From a virus (taxonomy: Duplodnaviria > Caudoviricetes): DNA of 63,865 nt. Positions 29,001-39,100 of the stretch are shown here, piece by piece. Position 1 is the first letter of the stretch; each line of letters opens with the position of its first letter. The stretch is from IMG/VR virus record IMGVR_UViG_3300031857_000159, positions 1-63,865 of that record, one strand, 5' to 3'. The position numbers and the translations under genes were made by a program. The notes beneath the pieces were generated by a model. It saw only the letters and a program-made list of their open reading frames with translations, ran no database searches and was not told the origin of the DNA.

Positions 29001-30198
29001 GTTTCCGCAAAATCAATTTAGAGATTTAGATGGAAACAAAGGACAAATAAATAACGTTCGTAATAGGGACGGTAAAGTGTTTTTTTGGCAAGACAATTCG
29101 GTAGGTTATTTGCCTATGCTTGAAAGACAATTAATAGGTGGTAGTGTAGGGGAAGCTACTCAATTAGGCGTAAGTGGAGTTATTGATAGATTTGATAACT
29201 TTAATACGTTTTTTGGAAATCAGCACAAGTTTGGATTAATAGAAACTGAATACGGATTTGCGTGGTTTGATTTTAGAAGAAAAGCGTTTTTAGTAATGAC
29301 TGTTGGCGGAGGAATACAAGAAGTATCTTTTGTGAAAGGATTAAGAACATTCTTTAATAATCCGCAATTGTTTTATGCAAGCCAACTAAATAATACTTAC
29401 GAATTAAAGAATAATGATACGCCGTTAATGGGTATAGGTATTTCGGGTGTATATGATCCGAATTACAAAATGACCTATATGAATTTCAAATGGGCTGAAG
29501 GAGAGGATGAAGAGCCTAAATATTGGAAAAACTTAACAATAGGTTATCATCACTCAAGAAATGTATTTGTAGGTTTCTTTGATATAAAAGGAGCTGTATG
29601 GCAGAATCACAATAATTTAGTTGTAGCTAATAAAGATATACAATCTGATTTAATAGTTGCGGATACACAGTATTTAATAGGTAGCAATGTTACTAAAAAC
29701 AATATAGAATATGTTTGTATAAAAGACTTTACTACGAGTATTCCTGTTGCCGCAAATCAACAACCTGATTATGTTGGAAGTATTTATTGGGCTAAAACAA
29801 CTCAATCAAACGAAACTCATTTGTTATTTTCAACAACTAACTTTGCTAAGTTTTTTGGACAAGTTTACAATCACGATATAGAATTGATTGTTAATCCAAA
29901 AACAGGTAAACCATTTACTGTTGATAACTTTCGTCAAAAAACAAATGAGTACAATTACGATATAATAGAATGTACTACTGACGATGACAATGTTGCGGAA
30001 TTAACTGATAATAAATGGTACAGATATATTGATAAAAGTTGGAACAGTAGTGCGCCTTTGGGTAGCAAGGGAAGGTTAGTAGATTTTTATTTAAAAGTAA
30101 AATTAACGTTTAAAAATTATACAAATAATCCAACAAATAGTCGTAACTTGCAAAAGGTGTTTGAATATATAACTTCAGTATTTAGAGTAAAAAAATAA
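26023..30198 (+). CDS. tail stabilisation/muzzle protein (P22 gp10-like)
   Basis: NTFEGGL.KD, VYWTD..N.PR.LN, ETYRFAVV.YD..G and GE.ID.FR.F motifs; 1391 aa. Confidence 0.8.
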   Translation: MEITNTFEGGLTKDSNILLQPRGTYRDMNNGMLVSYDGNDYVIELPKGTKVTFTIPPIYNAVYTSKQALPSVIGYISFIDTLVVFSTNVDSGGYGEIGQVTFDKDGIGTYVPLYGHAELNFGRENQITGFTFEENDRIKRVYWTDNYNQPRVLNVKDPAFIEVNSGDLDNGEQYMVVGGAISYNDGSGLKNYGPGLTDTNIFTAGATTTYTVIDGSPKVYQYIDYKALSWYPDRINPEIDFNKYVPGTLYGGSKSYFVRLSIESQGLKTSWSYGSFPINVYSINSFGSYNLVQGTGAGGVLTATTVGVELKISGLDTSYFDTIEVAVAEYDQAYNVLRSANIFATEKITSDTMYIQHIREGGTELSLNELTLFPASILRAKDITTNKNFNVIGNITERGELEKFDKASVTINDLSYLVPADYWWDVTVAPPTSPMNAGLPAQPSTGVASGLLFIDGHYLVTGGVVNYGGTNYGDSQPQNTFQTTTALGVAYTIVSGTPSVRACIRTKRYKTFAGVDKWKSIPLNDDYFDYRGMASTQYLRQYWSNETYRFAVVPYDKKGDPMYARWLGDWQVQSLADKGGPMKYNAYQNHSLRINGIRISGLTFAPEDIDKMSGFSIMRAPRDKQYQAQGILFQTCGTSISPNGTIQQLPLATLESSAEYMANPSGYIYKNVMNWHSPDAVFDYYALSSGKFLQGDCFVKIPNNATVASLYSQNGVDEYNSKWYEYQGATLQQFTINKIQGVNPGGSINSFYVGTTFDNNLTEINGAYPVSNGEKSVGCKTFVLELNGNPNFPNGNLMGDYAEKSETAKPLMNFYTPKTNLYGGTSPSALANTIYIPTGHYQKIDSSVKADTFNGTNYVFNEIDVFGGDSFLGIFSIGKSLYDNVQYPKALIPPPFGTFSYGIFFPIESNVNHYLRQGLNIQQFGMHNNPSGVYYNNSGSTNPEQFLVNGGYTSDGVVAYPALPVTPLTDKFPYRVRWAGPKVLGETIDTFRTFPQNQFRDLDGNKGQINNVRNRDGKVFFWQDNSVGYLPMLERQLIGGSVGEATQLGVSGVIDRFDNFNTFFGNQHKFGLIETEYGFAWFDFRRKAFLVMTVGGGIQEVSFVKGLRTFFNNPQLFYASQLNNTYELKNNDTPLMGIGISGVYDPNYKMTYMNFKWAEGEDEEPKYWKNLTIGYHHSRNVFVGFFDIKGAVWQNHNNLVVANKDIQSDLIVADTQYLIGSNVTKNNIEYVCIKDFTTSIPVAANQQPDYVGSIYWAKTTQSNETHLLFSTTNFAKFFGQVYNHDIELIVNPKTGKPFTVDNFRQKTNEYNYDIIECTTDDDNVAELTDNKWYRYIDKSWNSSAPLGSKGRLVDFYLKVKLTFKNYTNNPTNSRNLQKVFEYITSVFRVKK

Positions 30199-30202
30199 TA
30201 AT

Positions 30203-32854
30203 ATGAAATCAGAATTATTAAGAAGAGCGTTAATGTCTAAAATGGCAAATGGCGGTAATGTAGGTGGGGATAATCCTAATGCCGATGTAAATTTTTTTAC
30301 GCAACAGAAAATGACGCCTCAACAATGGGTTGATTATGCGAAAAAACAAGGATGGGAATTGTTTGAATCTAAACTTAGCGCCCCAATGGAAGAACAAATT
30401 AAAAGAGGTAAATATTTTGAATATGTTAATCCAAAAGAATATACAAGAATGCCTGATGGTCGACTTGTTAAAATTTCAGATGTCGGAAAAACTACTGTTG
30501 ATTACAAAGGTGATTCAACTTATAAACCTATTATATCTTACGGCTATAAAGATACAGATATAAAAGATAAAACAATTGAGAGTAAGCCTAAAGGTTCGGC
30601 AGTTGTACTGTCAAAAAAGCCCGATATATATTTTTCTGAAAAAAATCCAAATGTTACAACTTTTGTAAAAAAAGGAGATTTTGGTCAAATGGATACAAAA
30701 ATTTATAAAGACAATAAAACTGGAAAAGAAATAGATGTGTATAAATCATATTCAGAAGGTGGAAAATACAATCCTGTTTTTATTGAAGAACAACAACCTA
30801 CTGTTCAGTCTAAAATGGCTATTGGTGGCAATGTAGGAATGGAAGGTAATTTAGGTGGTGATGATAAAGACAAACCAAGAACAAGAAAAATTGGTCAATC
30901 AGGAGTTGATTTAACTGCTGATATTATCATTAATAAAGACCCAAGCCAAATACCAAAAGATGTTAATTATGGAGGGTGGAATGCTTTTCAAAGTTTTGTA
31001 AAAAAACAAACATTAGATGGTGAACCATTTGTAGGGAATCCAAGACTAAATACAACTGAAGGCAAGCAGTTAGGTCAAAACATGATTGATACTTTTAATA
31101 GTTCTGATTATGTTAAAAAATTTCCTCAAAACAAAATAACTCCAGAACAAGTTCAAGCTGTTCAGCAATATCATAAATTAGCTGATCCAAACGTTCAGAC
31201 AGAGGGGTGGTTTGGTAGCCAAACATCAAGAATGAGGTATCCTCAAGCTACTGTATATTATATGGAAGATAAGGATAAAAATATTATAAGCAAAGAAGGT
31301 TATGTTCCTGTTACGTGGGGAAATAAACAATATGTTACGCCTGCGTCTTCAACTGGAAATGTTCAAGCTTATGAACTTTACGACCCAAAGAAACACGCTA
31401 ATTTATTGCAAAAACCTATTGGGTCAGCATATCAGTCATACGCCAATGTTTATAACCAATTTGTTCCTAAACAAAACGCTTCTGTTCAACCTAAAAATAA
31501 AGGTGGGGTAATTAATAAATATCAAAACGGTACAACTAAAGACGGTGTAGGTGAAAGCAAACCTGATTTAGCAGGAATATCGTCATTAGGGGGTGAACTA
31601 ATTGGTACAGGTATTGATGCTTATGATAGAAGAGAAGGAAGAAGTTCTATTGCGGGTCAATCTGCTTCAGGTTTTTATAAAGGAGCTGGAAAAGGTGCGG
31701 CTTTTGGTATGAAATTAGGTGGACCAAAAGGGGCAGCTATTGGTGCTGCCGTTGGGGGATTATATGGCGGAATAAGTGGTGCCATGTCAGGCAAAAAAGA
31801 AAAAGAAGAGCGTTTAGGTGCTGTAAAACAAGAAGCTTACGCGAAAGCAACAGGGGCTCAAGAATCAATGAATCCAAATAGAGGTCCTGTTAAATTAGAA
31901 TCATATAATGAACAAGATACTAAAACCGGATTAGCTGGATTATTCGCAAAAGGCGGAACCATTAAAGGCGAAGGCACAGGAACTTCTGATAGCATAGTTA
32001 CTGATATAAACAAAAGAGGTATTCCTGAAGGTAGTTTTATTACTCCTGCTAAGAATAATGAAATGGCAAAAGGAATTAGAAGAATAATATTAGGACAAAA
32101 TCCTGATAAAGTTGCTGAATTTAAAAAAGGAGGTACTACTAACTCTGATAAAGTTGCTGTAAGTAATGGCGAACATTTGTTTACTCCTGCTGAAAAAGAA
32201 AAAATCATTAAGTATTTAGGAAAAGAAATATTAGAAAAGTTAGCTCCTGAAGCCGAAGAAAATGAAATGGAAAAGAAAAAAGGTGGCATGATTAAACGCG
32301 CCGATGGTTCCTATTCAAAAAGAGGATTATGGGATAACATTAGAGCAAATACAGGTAGTGGTAAAAAACCAACTGCTGAAATGCTTAAACAAGAAAGAAA
32401 AATTGTTGCTGAAAAAGCAAAAGGTGGTTACGTAGTAAAAAGGTCAAGTGAAAGAAAAGGTAAAACTCACGTAGTAACTGGACCTGACGGAACTAAAAAA
32501 TACTTTGGAGATTCTAATTTAGGACAACATCCTAATGACCCTGCAAGAAAAAAAGCTTTTTATGCAAGACACGAAAAGAATTTGAAAAAAAATCCGTACT
32601 TTAGAGCATTCGCAAGAGAAACATGGGCAGAAGGCGGAACGGTAGGAAGTAAGATGAATAAAGCAAAAGGTGGCGAATTAACGAAGTCAAAAGCAAAAGA
32701 AATATTACACGATAAATCTGTTCACGGAAAGCCACTGACTGACAAGCAAAGAAAGTACATGGGCTATGTAGCAGGAGGCAAAAAGAACATGGGCGGTATT
32801 GTAGGAAAATACGCTATGGGAGGAAATGTAAACAGAGATTGGGATTGGGGTTAA
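30203..32854 (+). CDS. internal virion/cargo protein segmented by repeated xxxGG motifs
   Basis: follows muzzle gene; glycine-zipper membrane segment; 11 motifs ending in GG. Confidence 0.65.
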   Translation: MKSELLRRALMSKMANGGNVGGDNPNADVNFFTQQKMTPQQWVDYAKKQGWELFESKLSAPMEEQIKRGKYFEYVNPKEYTRMPDGRLVKISDVGKTTVDYKGDSTYKPIISYGYKDTDIKDKTIESKPKGSAVVLSKKPDIYFSEKNPNVTTFVKKGDFGQMDTKIYKDNKTGKEIDVYKSYSEGGKYNPVFIEEQQPTVQSKMAIGGNVGMEGNLGGDDKDKPRTRKIGQSGVDLTADIIINKDPSQIPKDVNYGGWNAFQSFVKKQTLDGEPFVGNPRLNTTEGKQLGQNMIDTFNSSDYVKKFPQNKITPEQVQAVQQYHKLADPNVQTEGWFGSQTSRMRYPQATVYYMEDKDKNIISKEGYVPVTWGNKQYVTPASSTGNVQAYELYDPKKHANLLQKPIGSAYQSYANVYNQFVPKQNASVQPKNKGGVINKYQNGTTKDGVGESKPDLAGISSLGGELIGTGIDAYDRREGRSSIAGQSASGFYKGAGKGAAFGMKLGGPKGAAIGAAVGGLYGGISGAMSGKKEKEERLGAVKQEAYAKATGAQESMNPNRGPVKLESYNEQDTKTGLAGLFAKGGTIKGEGTGTSDSIVTDINKRGIPEGSFITPAKNNEMAKGIRRIILGQNPDKVAEFKKGGTTNSDKVAVSNGEHLFTPAEKEKIIKYLGKEILEKLAPEAEENEMEKKKGGMIKRADGSYSKRGLWDNIRANTGSGKKPTAEMLKQERKIVAEKAKGGYVVKRSSERKGKTHVVTGPDGTKKYFGDSNLGQHPNDPARKKAFYARHEKNLKKNPYFRAFARETWAEGGTVGSKMNKAKGGELTKSKAKEILHDKSVHGKPLTDKQRKYMGYVAGGKKNMGGIVGKYAMGGNVNRDWDWG

Positions 32855-32871
32855 TATAAAAACATTATACC

Positions 32872-33783
32872 ATGAAAGAGAAAAGAAGAATAACATCGGA
32901 CGGTTACTTTGAAGTAAGTAAAGATGGCGGTAAGAGTTATGAAAAAACAACAATGAAGCCTACGCGTCAAGAAGTTTCAGAATGGAGTAATATGCAAAGC
33001 TTTAAAGACGGAGGAACTCCTAAGTCTAAAAAAGGAGGCGTAAGAGAAAAATATTATTTCGATAATATGATACCAAAAGAAGTTACTTTGCCTGTTGGGG
33101 GTACAGATTTTTCAAAAATGTTTGAAAAAACTTCTAAGCCAAATAATCTTGAAGACATGGATGTTAAAGACACTGAACTACCAAGTTTAACTTCTTTATA
33201 TCCTAAAAAACCTGTTGCGGAAAGAAAATACGGATCAGGATTAGAAACCTTATTAGGTGCAGCGCAAGCAGGTTATGGCTTACAGCAATTAATGAAAGAT
33301 AAACGACCTGTTGGTGAAATTGACCCTACGTTTAGCAGATTAACGGATGAGGCTGTTGCTGCTTCAAGATACGGATTTACTCCTGAACAAAGAGCAGCAT
33401 TAAATCAAGATATAGTAAACGCAAGAATAGCTCAACAGGCTCAAATTAATCAATTAGCAGGTGGTAGCGCAGGTGTTGGATTAGCAAATGTAAGAGCAGC
33501 ATTGAACGAAGAATTAATGAATAAATACAAGCTTGCGTCGGAAGACGAACAAAGACGTATGCAAAAAGCACAACAAGCGGCAGGATTATCGGCGTATAAG
33601 GCACAAATGAGTAGAGGGTTATTTCATGACAAAATGAATGAATTTATGCAGAAACAACAAGCTGGTGCCGAGTTATTAGGCGCAGGTATTCAAAATGTTG
33701 TTGGAGCAAGAAGATACCAACGTGAAAGAGAAGCACAGGATCAGATAAATAAAATGATGTACGGAAATTCATATTTAGGATAA
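32872..33783 (+). CDS. cargo/ejection protein (Ala/Gln-rich helical)
   Basis: composition and position typical of ejection proteins. Confidence 0.6.
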   Translation: MKEKRRITSDGYFEVSKDGGKSYEKTTMKPTRQEVSEWSNMQSFKDGGTPKSKKGGVREKYYFDNMIPKEVTLPVGGTDFSKMFEKTSKPNNLEDMDVKDTELPSLTSLYPKKPVAERKYGSGLETLLGAAQAGYGLQQLMKDKRPVGEIDPTFSRLTDEAVAASRYGFTPEQRAALNQDIVNARIAQQAQINQLAGGSAGVGLANVRAALNEELMNKYKLASEDEQRRMQKAQQAAGLSAYKAQMSRGLFHDKMNEFMQKQQAGAELLGAGIQNVVGARRYQREREAQDQINKMMYGNSYLG

Positions 33784-33787
33784 TATT

Positions 33788-34636
33788 ATGGCAGAATTTG
33801 GAATCAGACGGGGCTTGGTTATAGACGAATCTATTGAGGATTTTCTTAATATTTCTTGTATTTATAAAATTATTAATCCTTCAAACAAAATATATATTGG
33901 TCAAACTATAAATCTTAAAAAAAGAATAGATAAATATAATAGATTAAATTGCAAATGTCAATCAAGATTGTATAATTCATTTAAAAAATATGGATTAGAA
34001 AATCATAAAATATACTTAGTGACAAAATGTGATATTGACAAAATGAATGAAACGGAAAGATATTATCAAGAATTTTATGATGTAATTGGGAAAAGCGGAT
34101 TGAATTGTAAATTAACATCTACAAAAGATAAAAAATTAATTCATAGCGAAGAAACAAGAAAAAAAATGTCTGAAAAGTCAAAAGGAAGAAAAGACGCAAA
34201 AGAAGAAATAGAAAGAAAAAGATTATTTCAAACAGGGAGAAAAATGCCAAGAGAAGGGGTATTAAAAAGCGTAGAAAAAAGAAAAGGATTTAAGCATTCA
34301 GAAAAAACAAAACAAAAGTTAAGAGAAATATCTTTGAGGGATAGAGATAAAATATCTAATAGGATGAAAGGTAAAAAACTTTCTGAAGAAACAAAATTAA
34401 AAATATCTATTTCTCAAAAAGGTAAAAAAAGAAATTATTCATTTTATAAAGATAAAAATATTTTGCGTAAAAGAGTTTTATCTAATCCGCAAACAAAATT
34501 AGTTGTAAATTTAGAAAGTGGAATTTTTTATGATTGCACAAGAGATTCTTCTATTGCTTATGGAGTTAATTATAGCTATTTAATTCAGCAATTAAATGGA
34601 AGTAAAAAAAATAAAACATCATTAATGTATATATAA
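33788..34636 (+). mobile_element. free-standing GIY-YIG homing endonuclease with NUMOD3 repeats
   Basis: CIYKI...IYIGQT..L.KR; HSEETRKKMS, HSEKTKQKL and LSEETKLKIS repeats; lower GC than flanks. Confidence 0.9.
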
Positions 34637-34637
34637 T

Positions 34638-36107
34638 ATGGCAGAATATGGAACCCGGCGCGGATTAGCCCAATCATTCGGTTTTGACCAAGCGACGGCA
34701 GATTTAGCAAGACAGCAAGACCAAATGCGTCAAGCTAAGATTTATGCTGAAAATAAGGCTAAAATGTTGGCAGAAGATTTTGATTATAACAGCGCTATAA
34801 ACGCGTGGGATAATACTGCTATTAAAGAATACGCTCAAGGCAAAATAAAAGAGTTAGGGGCTTTTGTAAGAGAGAATCCTGACTACTTATATAATGTAGA
34901 TAAAAGAATCGCTTACAATAACATTAAAAGAGAATTAAAAGATAGTAAACCTTTAATGGAAGGCTTACAGGTTGATGCTAACGTTAAGGAAATGGAAAAA
35001 TGGAAAAATGATCCTAAGAACGCTCCCTTGTTAGATACGCCTGAATTTCAAAAAACATTACAAGACTATCAAAATTACGTTAAGACAGGTAGTACGGACG
35101 GAAATACTGCTAACAGAAAATTGTTCACATTCTATCCTCCTGAAGAAAGGATGGATACATGGGGAGAATTAAATAAAATTGCAAAAGCAACACAATTAAA
35201 GGGAGAAAGCGCTTCTTATTTAAGAGGAACAAAAACAACTAAAAAATTTGTTACCGAAGCCGATAAGTTAGATCAAGCAAGGTTAGCATTATCAAACTTA
35301 AATTTAAGAAGAGGATTAGAGCATGAGTATAATAAGTATTTAGAAAGTGGCGTTCCTGAAGGTCAGAAGCCATTGACGTTAGAAAGATATGTTTACGCTA
35401 ATATGAAAAACTTATTCCCTAACGATGAATATCGTGATACTCATTTCCAAGTAAAAGAAGAAAGAGAGCCAAGAACGACAGGTGATGGAACCAAAAAAGC
35501 GGATAATTTAGGGCTTTATACTAATATTGTAGATGTAGCAACATTAAATCCGGGTAAACCTGTTCAAGCAAATCCTAAAGGCGCAAGAGGTATAATTGCT
35601 GGCGCAGATCAATCAATTGATATAGGAAATGGATTTTTCAAAACTCCTGATGGTAAATATATTCCTATGAATAATTTATCTACTTCTAATTTTAGAACAA
35701 ATAAATCGGAAATTATTTACGACCCTGCAAGAAAACAACACTATATATCAGCTGATGTTACGCTAAATGAAAATGATGCCGAAAACGCGTTTCAAGAAAT
35801 TAAACCTGTTGACACTCCTTTTGTTCATTGGTTTTGGTTAGATGAAACTAATATAGATCCTGAATATCAAGACAATATATCTTTACAAGGAACAGATGTA
35901 AATTTTAAAGTTTACTTCCCTATTCAAAAAGAAAATACAAGTTTAGCCGCAGCATATAATCACGAAGCTGGTCAAACATTGGAAAAGTCTGATACTAATC
36001 AGCCAAGTCAAGTGTATAGTAGAAGTCAATTAAAATCACAAGGGTACACGGACGCTCAAATAGATGATTTTAAAAAGAATTATAATGCTAATGTAACTGA
36101 AGATTGA
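34638..36107 (+). CDS. cargo/ejection protein
   Basis: in cargo block; N-terminus duplicated in the upstream endonuclease. Confidence 0.6.
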   Translation: MAEYGTRRGLAQSFGFDQATADLARQQDQMRQAKIYAENKAKMLAEDFDYNSAINAWDNTAIKEYAQGKIKELGAFVRENPDYLYNVDKRIAYNNIKRELKDSKPLMEGLQVDANVKEMEKWKNDPKNAPLLDTPEFQKTLQDYQNYVKTGSTDGNTANRKLFTFYPPEERMDTWGELNKIAKATQLKGESASYLRGTKTTKKFVTEADKLDQARLALSNLNLRRGLEHEYNKYLESGVPEGQKPLTLERYVYANMKNLFPNDEYRDTHFQVKEEREPRTTGDGTKKADNLGLYTNIVDVATLNPGKPVQANPKGARGIIAGADQSIDIGNGFFKTPDGKYIPMNNLSTSNFRTNKSEIIYDPARKQHYISADVTLNENDAENAFQEIKPVDTPFVHWFWLDETNIDPEYQDNISLQGTDVNFKVYFPIQKENTSLAAAYNHEAGQTLEKSDTNQPSQVYSRSQLKSQGYTDAQIDDFKKNYNANVTED

Positions 36108-39100
36108 TTATGGGAAAAAAAGACGTATTAAATCCGATAGCCCTTCAGTATGGCGTAACTCCAAAAGAAGAAAATGGAGAAGAAGAAAATCCAATAGCAA
36201 GGGACATTAGGTTAGGCATAATTGGGGGATCAAGACCTACTAAAATTGAAGAATTATCACTTGAAGAATTAAAACAAAAAAACATAGAGGATTTTAGGCA
36301 AGCCGAAGTTCAAGAAGAAGCTTTAAGAAAAGATTTAGATCAATACGTAGGATTAAATGAACAAGAAAAAAAATATTTAATAGATAAAAATCTTAAAGGT
36401 GAATTAAAGGGAGCAGATTTTTCTCAAACTTTATTTACTATGGCGGGATTGATGCCTGAACAACAAAAGGTATTAACTAAAGACGCAAAAGGAAATAAAA
36501 TATATGCGGACGAGAAAGATATGTTTGACATAATTGAAGAGCAAAAAAAAGATTTTAATTACGACAAATTAGTTTCTGATTTAACTTCAAAAACACAAAC
36601 ATCAAGTAAGAACAGTTATTACATGAAAGACAAGGGTGACGGGACACTGATTGCCGTTCCTTTGGCTATAAACGAAAAACCTGAAGCGAAAGACGTTAAA
36701 GACGCTCAGGTATTTTCAAGTTTAGATGATGATGCTATTGGCGACAGTAGACTTGCTGACATTGCTAAAAAAGCATATAACATAATACCTTCCGTAGCGC
36801 AAGGATTTATTTCAATTCCTGAAACAGTTCAAGGGTTAGTTACGGGTAAAACAGGAGGAACTTATAAATTATTAAAAAGCATATTAGAAGAAAGTAAATT
36901 TAAAACCACACAAGAATATCAAAAAGGAATTTTAGACACTGAAAAAATAGATGAATTTTCAGATTTTTTATCTAAGGACGTTTATGATTTGTCAGGTGAT
37001 AAGATTTTAAATACGGTAGTAAACGTAGCATCTTCGTTAGCCGAATTTGGATTAACGAGAAAAATGGTTCCTATTAAAGGAAAAGCTGGAATTTTTGCGG
37101 CAGGCATTGCTATGAATATAAAGGAGCCTTTACAGGCGGCAGAAGATGCGGGAGTAGAAGGTAGAGGGAAATATGCTGTTGCGGCTACTTACGCTTTGGC
37201 AGCAAGTGGATTAGAAACTTTTTTAGGTATCGAAGGTAAATTATTTGACGATGCTGCTACTACTGCTAAAAAAGAAATGATTAATAAAATCATTAAAGAC
37301 AATGTAGAAGTAGTGGGAGGTAAGTTAACAAAAGAATCAGTAGAAAATCTTTATAAAGAAACTTTAAAAGAAATTCCAAGTTTTTACGCTAAGTATGCAA
37401 AAAATACTGTTGGTGATGTTACCGATGAGGTTGTGCAAAACATGATGCAAAATGCTACGCAGGAAATTCATGATATTGTAATGAGAGATGAGCCTGAAGC
37501 CGCAAAATTCAATACAAAGTTTTGGTCGCCTAAAGCATTAGGAGAATATATAAATTCTGCGGCAGGTGGACTTATAGGCGGTATGGGAGGTTCGTTGTTT
37601 ATAAAAAACAAACAATCACAAACTGCTTACGATGCTATTAAAGACGGAAAAGAAAATGAATTAAAAGTTCAATTAACTTCGGGTTTAAAAGAAGGTAGAT
37701 TAACTCAAGAAGATTATGATAGGGCTATATTTAAAATTGATTCCTATAAAAGTTATTACGAAGCTACTAAGGACAGAAATGTTACAGACGAAGAAAAAAG
37801 AAAGATATTTGATTTAACATACGAAAAAGAAAATACTAAGTCGGGAGTAGAAAGATTAAAACAAAATAATCCCGGCGGAATTAACGATGGATTAATTGCT
37901 GCAAAAGAACAAGAAGTTAGGGATTACACGCAACAAATAAATGATATTTGGTCAACTGCCGAAGCTAGAACATCTGAATCACCTGTTGAAGAAGCGAAAG
38001 TAGAAGTTCCTCAATGGAGGACTGCTATGGACGATTTTTCTAAAGAAATTGGGAACAAAGACAAACGACAATCAATAAACAATTCAACAAGAGATCAGAT
38101 ACAAACAGTTGTTGGGGCTTCTCCAGAATTAAATAAATTAGCAGAGCCATTTAGCGTTGACTTTACCTCTCCACATTTGCCTGAAGAATCAACGATACAA
38201 ATTAGAAATGGTATTTTATATGAACCATATTTAGTAAAACAAGAAGGCAAAGAGGATGTTATTGAAACAAGGCAATTACCTGTTTATGCTATGGAAGATA
38301 AAGATGGTGGAACGTGGTTATTTGCAGTAGGGCAAAAAACGGAAACAGGCGCAGAAGACGTAACTTATTTAATTAAGTTAGACGAAGAGGGTAAATATGA
38401 AGGTCATCAAGAATTTAAGTATCGTACAGCTAAAAAGAACGAATTAACTTTTGATGATATTAAACCTGCATTTGATAAATTAGGTATTCAAGCCGCATCT
38501 TTAACAAGTGAAATAAAAGGAATAGAAAATATTCCTCAAGCTGAATTTGAAGAAGTAGAAGAGTTTGAAGAAATTCCTGAAGAAAAAGGCATTGTTGAAT
38601 CCGAACAATTTAAAAATGTTTACGAAAAAGTAAAGGCGGGTGTAAGTAAAGCAAAATTAAAATTACTACCAAACAATACTGTCGGAGTAACCATTGACGG
38701 AGAAGATGTTCCTTTTGCTTCACAAAGATATTTAAACAAAGAAGAATTGCCTTCGGGTGACGTAGAAGTTAATGTAAGAGTAGTAGAAAACATAGATGGT
38801 AAATACGGACGTGGCGTATTGATTGAAACTCAAGAAGGAGTTCCTTTGGGATACATTAGACGTGCAGGAAAAGAAACAGGAAGAGTTGCTGCTGAAAAAA
38901 TATCACCAACAGAAGATGTTGATATTGATGTTCCTGTTGAGTTAAGTGATGTTGCAAAAGAAAGATTACAGCAAATAGAAAAAGACCAAGAGAATTACGA
39001 ATTAGTAGAGGACGAATTAAGTCGCAGATATGTAAATAAAAAAACAGGCGAATCTTATACTTCTGTAAGTACATTTGTAAGTGGTAAATCTGGTGGCGAT

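Noticed and set aside
38915-38932. DVDID as an RNA polymerase DxDxD catalytic motif
   Set aside because: It lies in an acidic linker without surrounding double-psi-barrel context.
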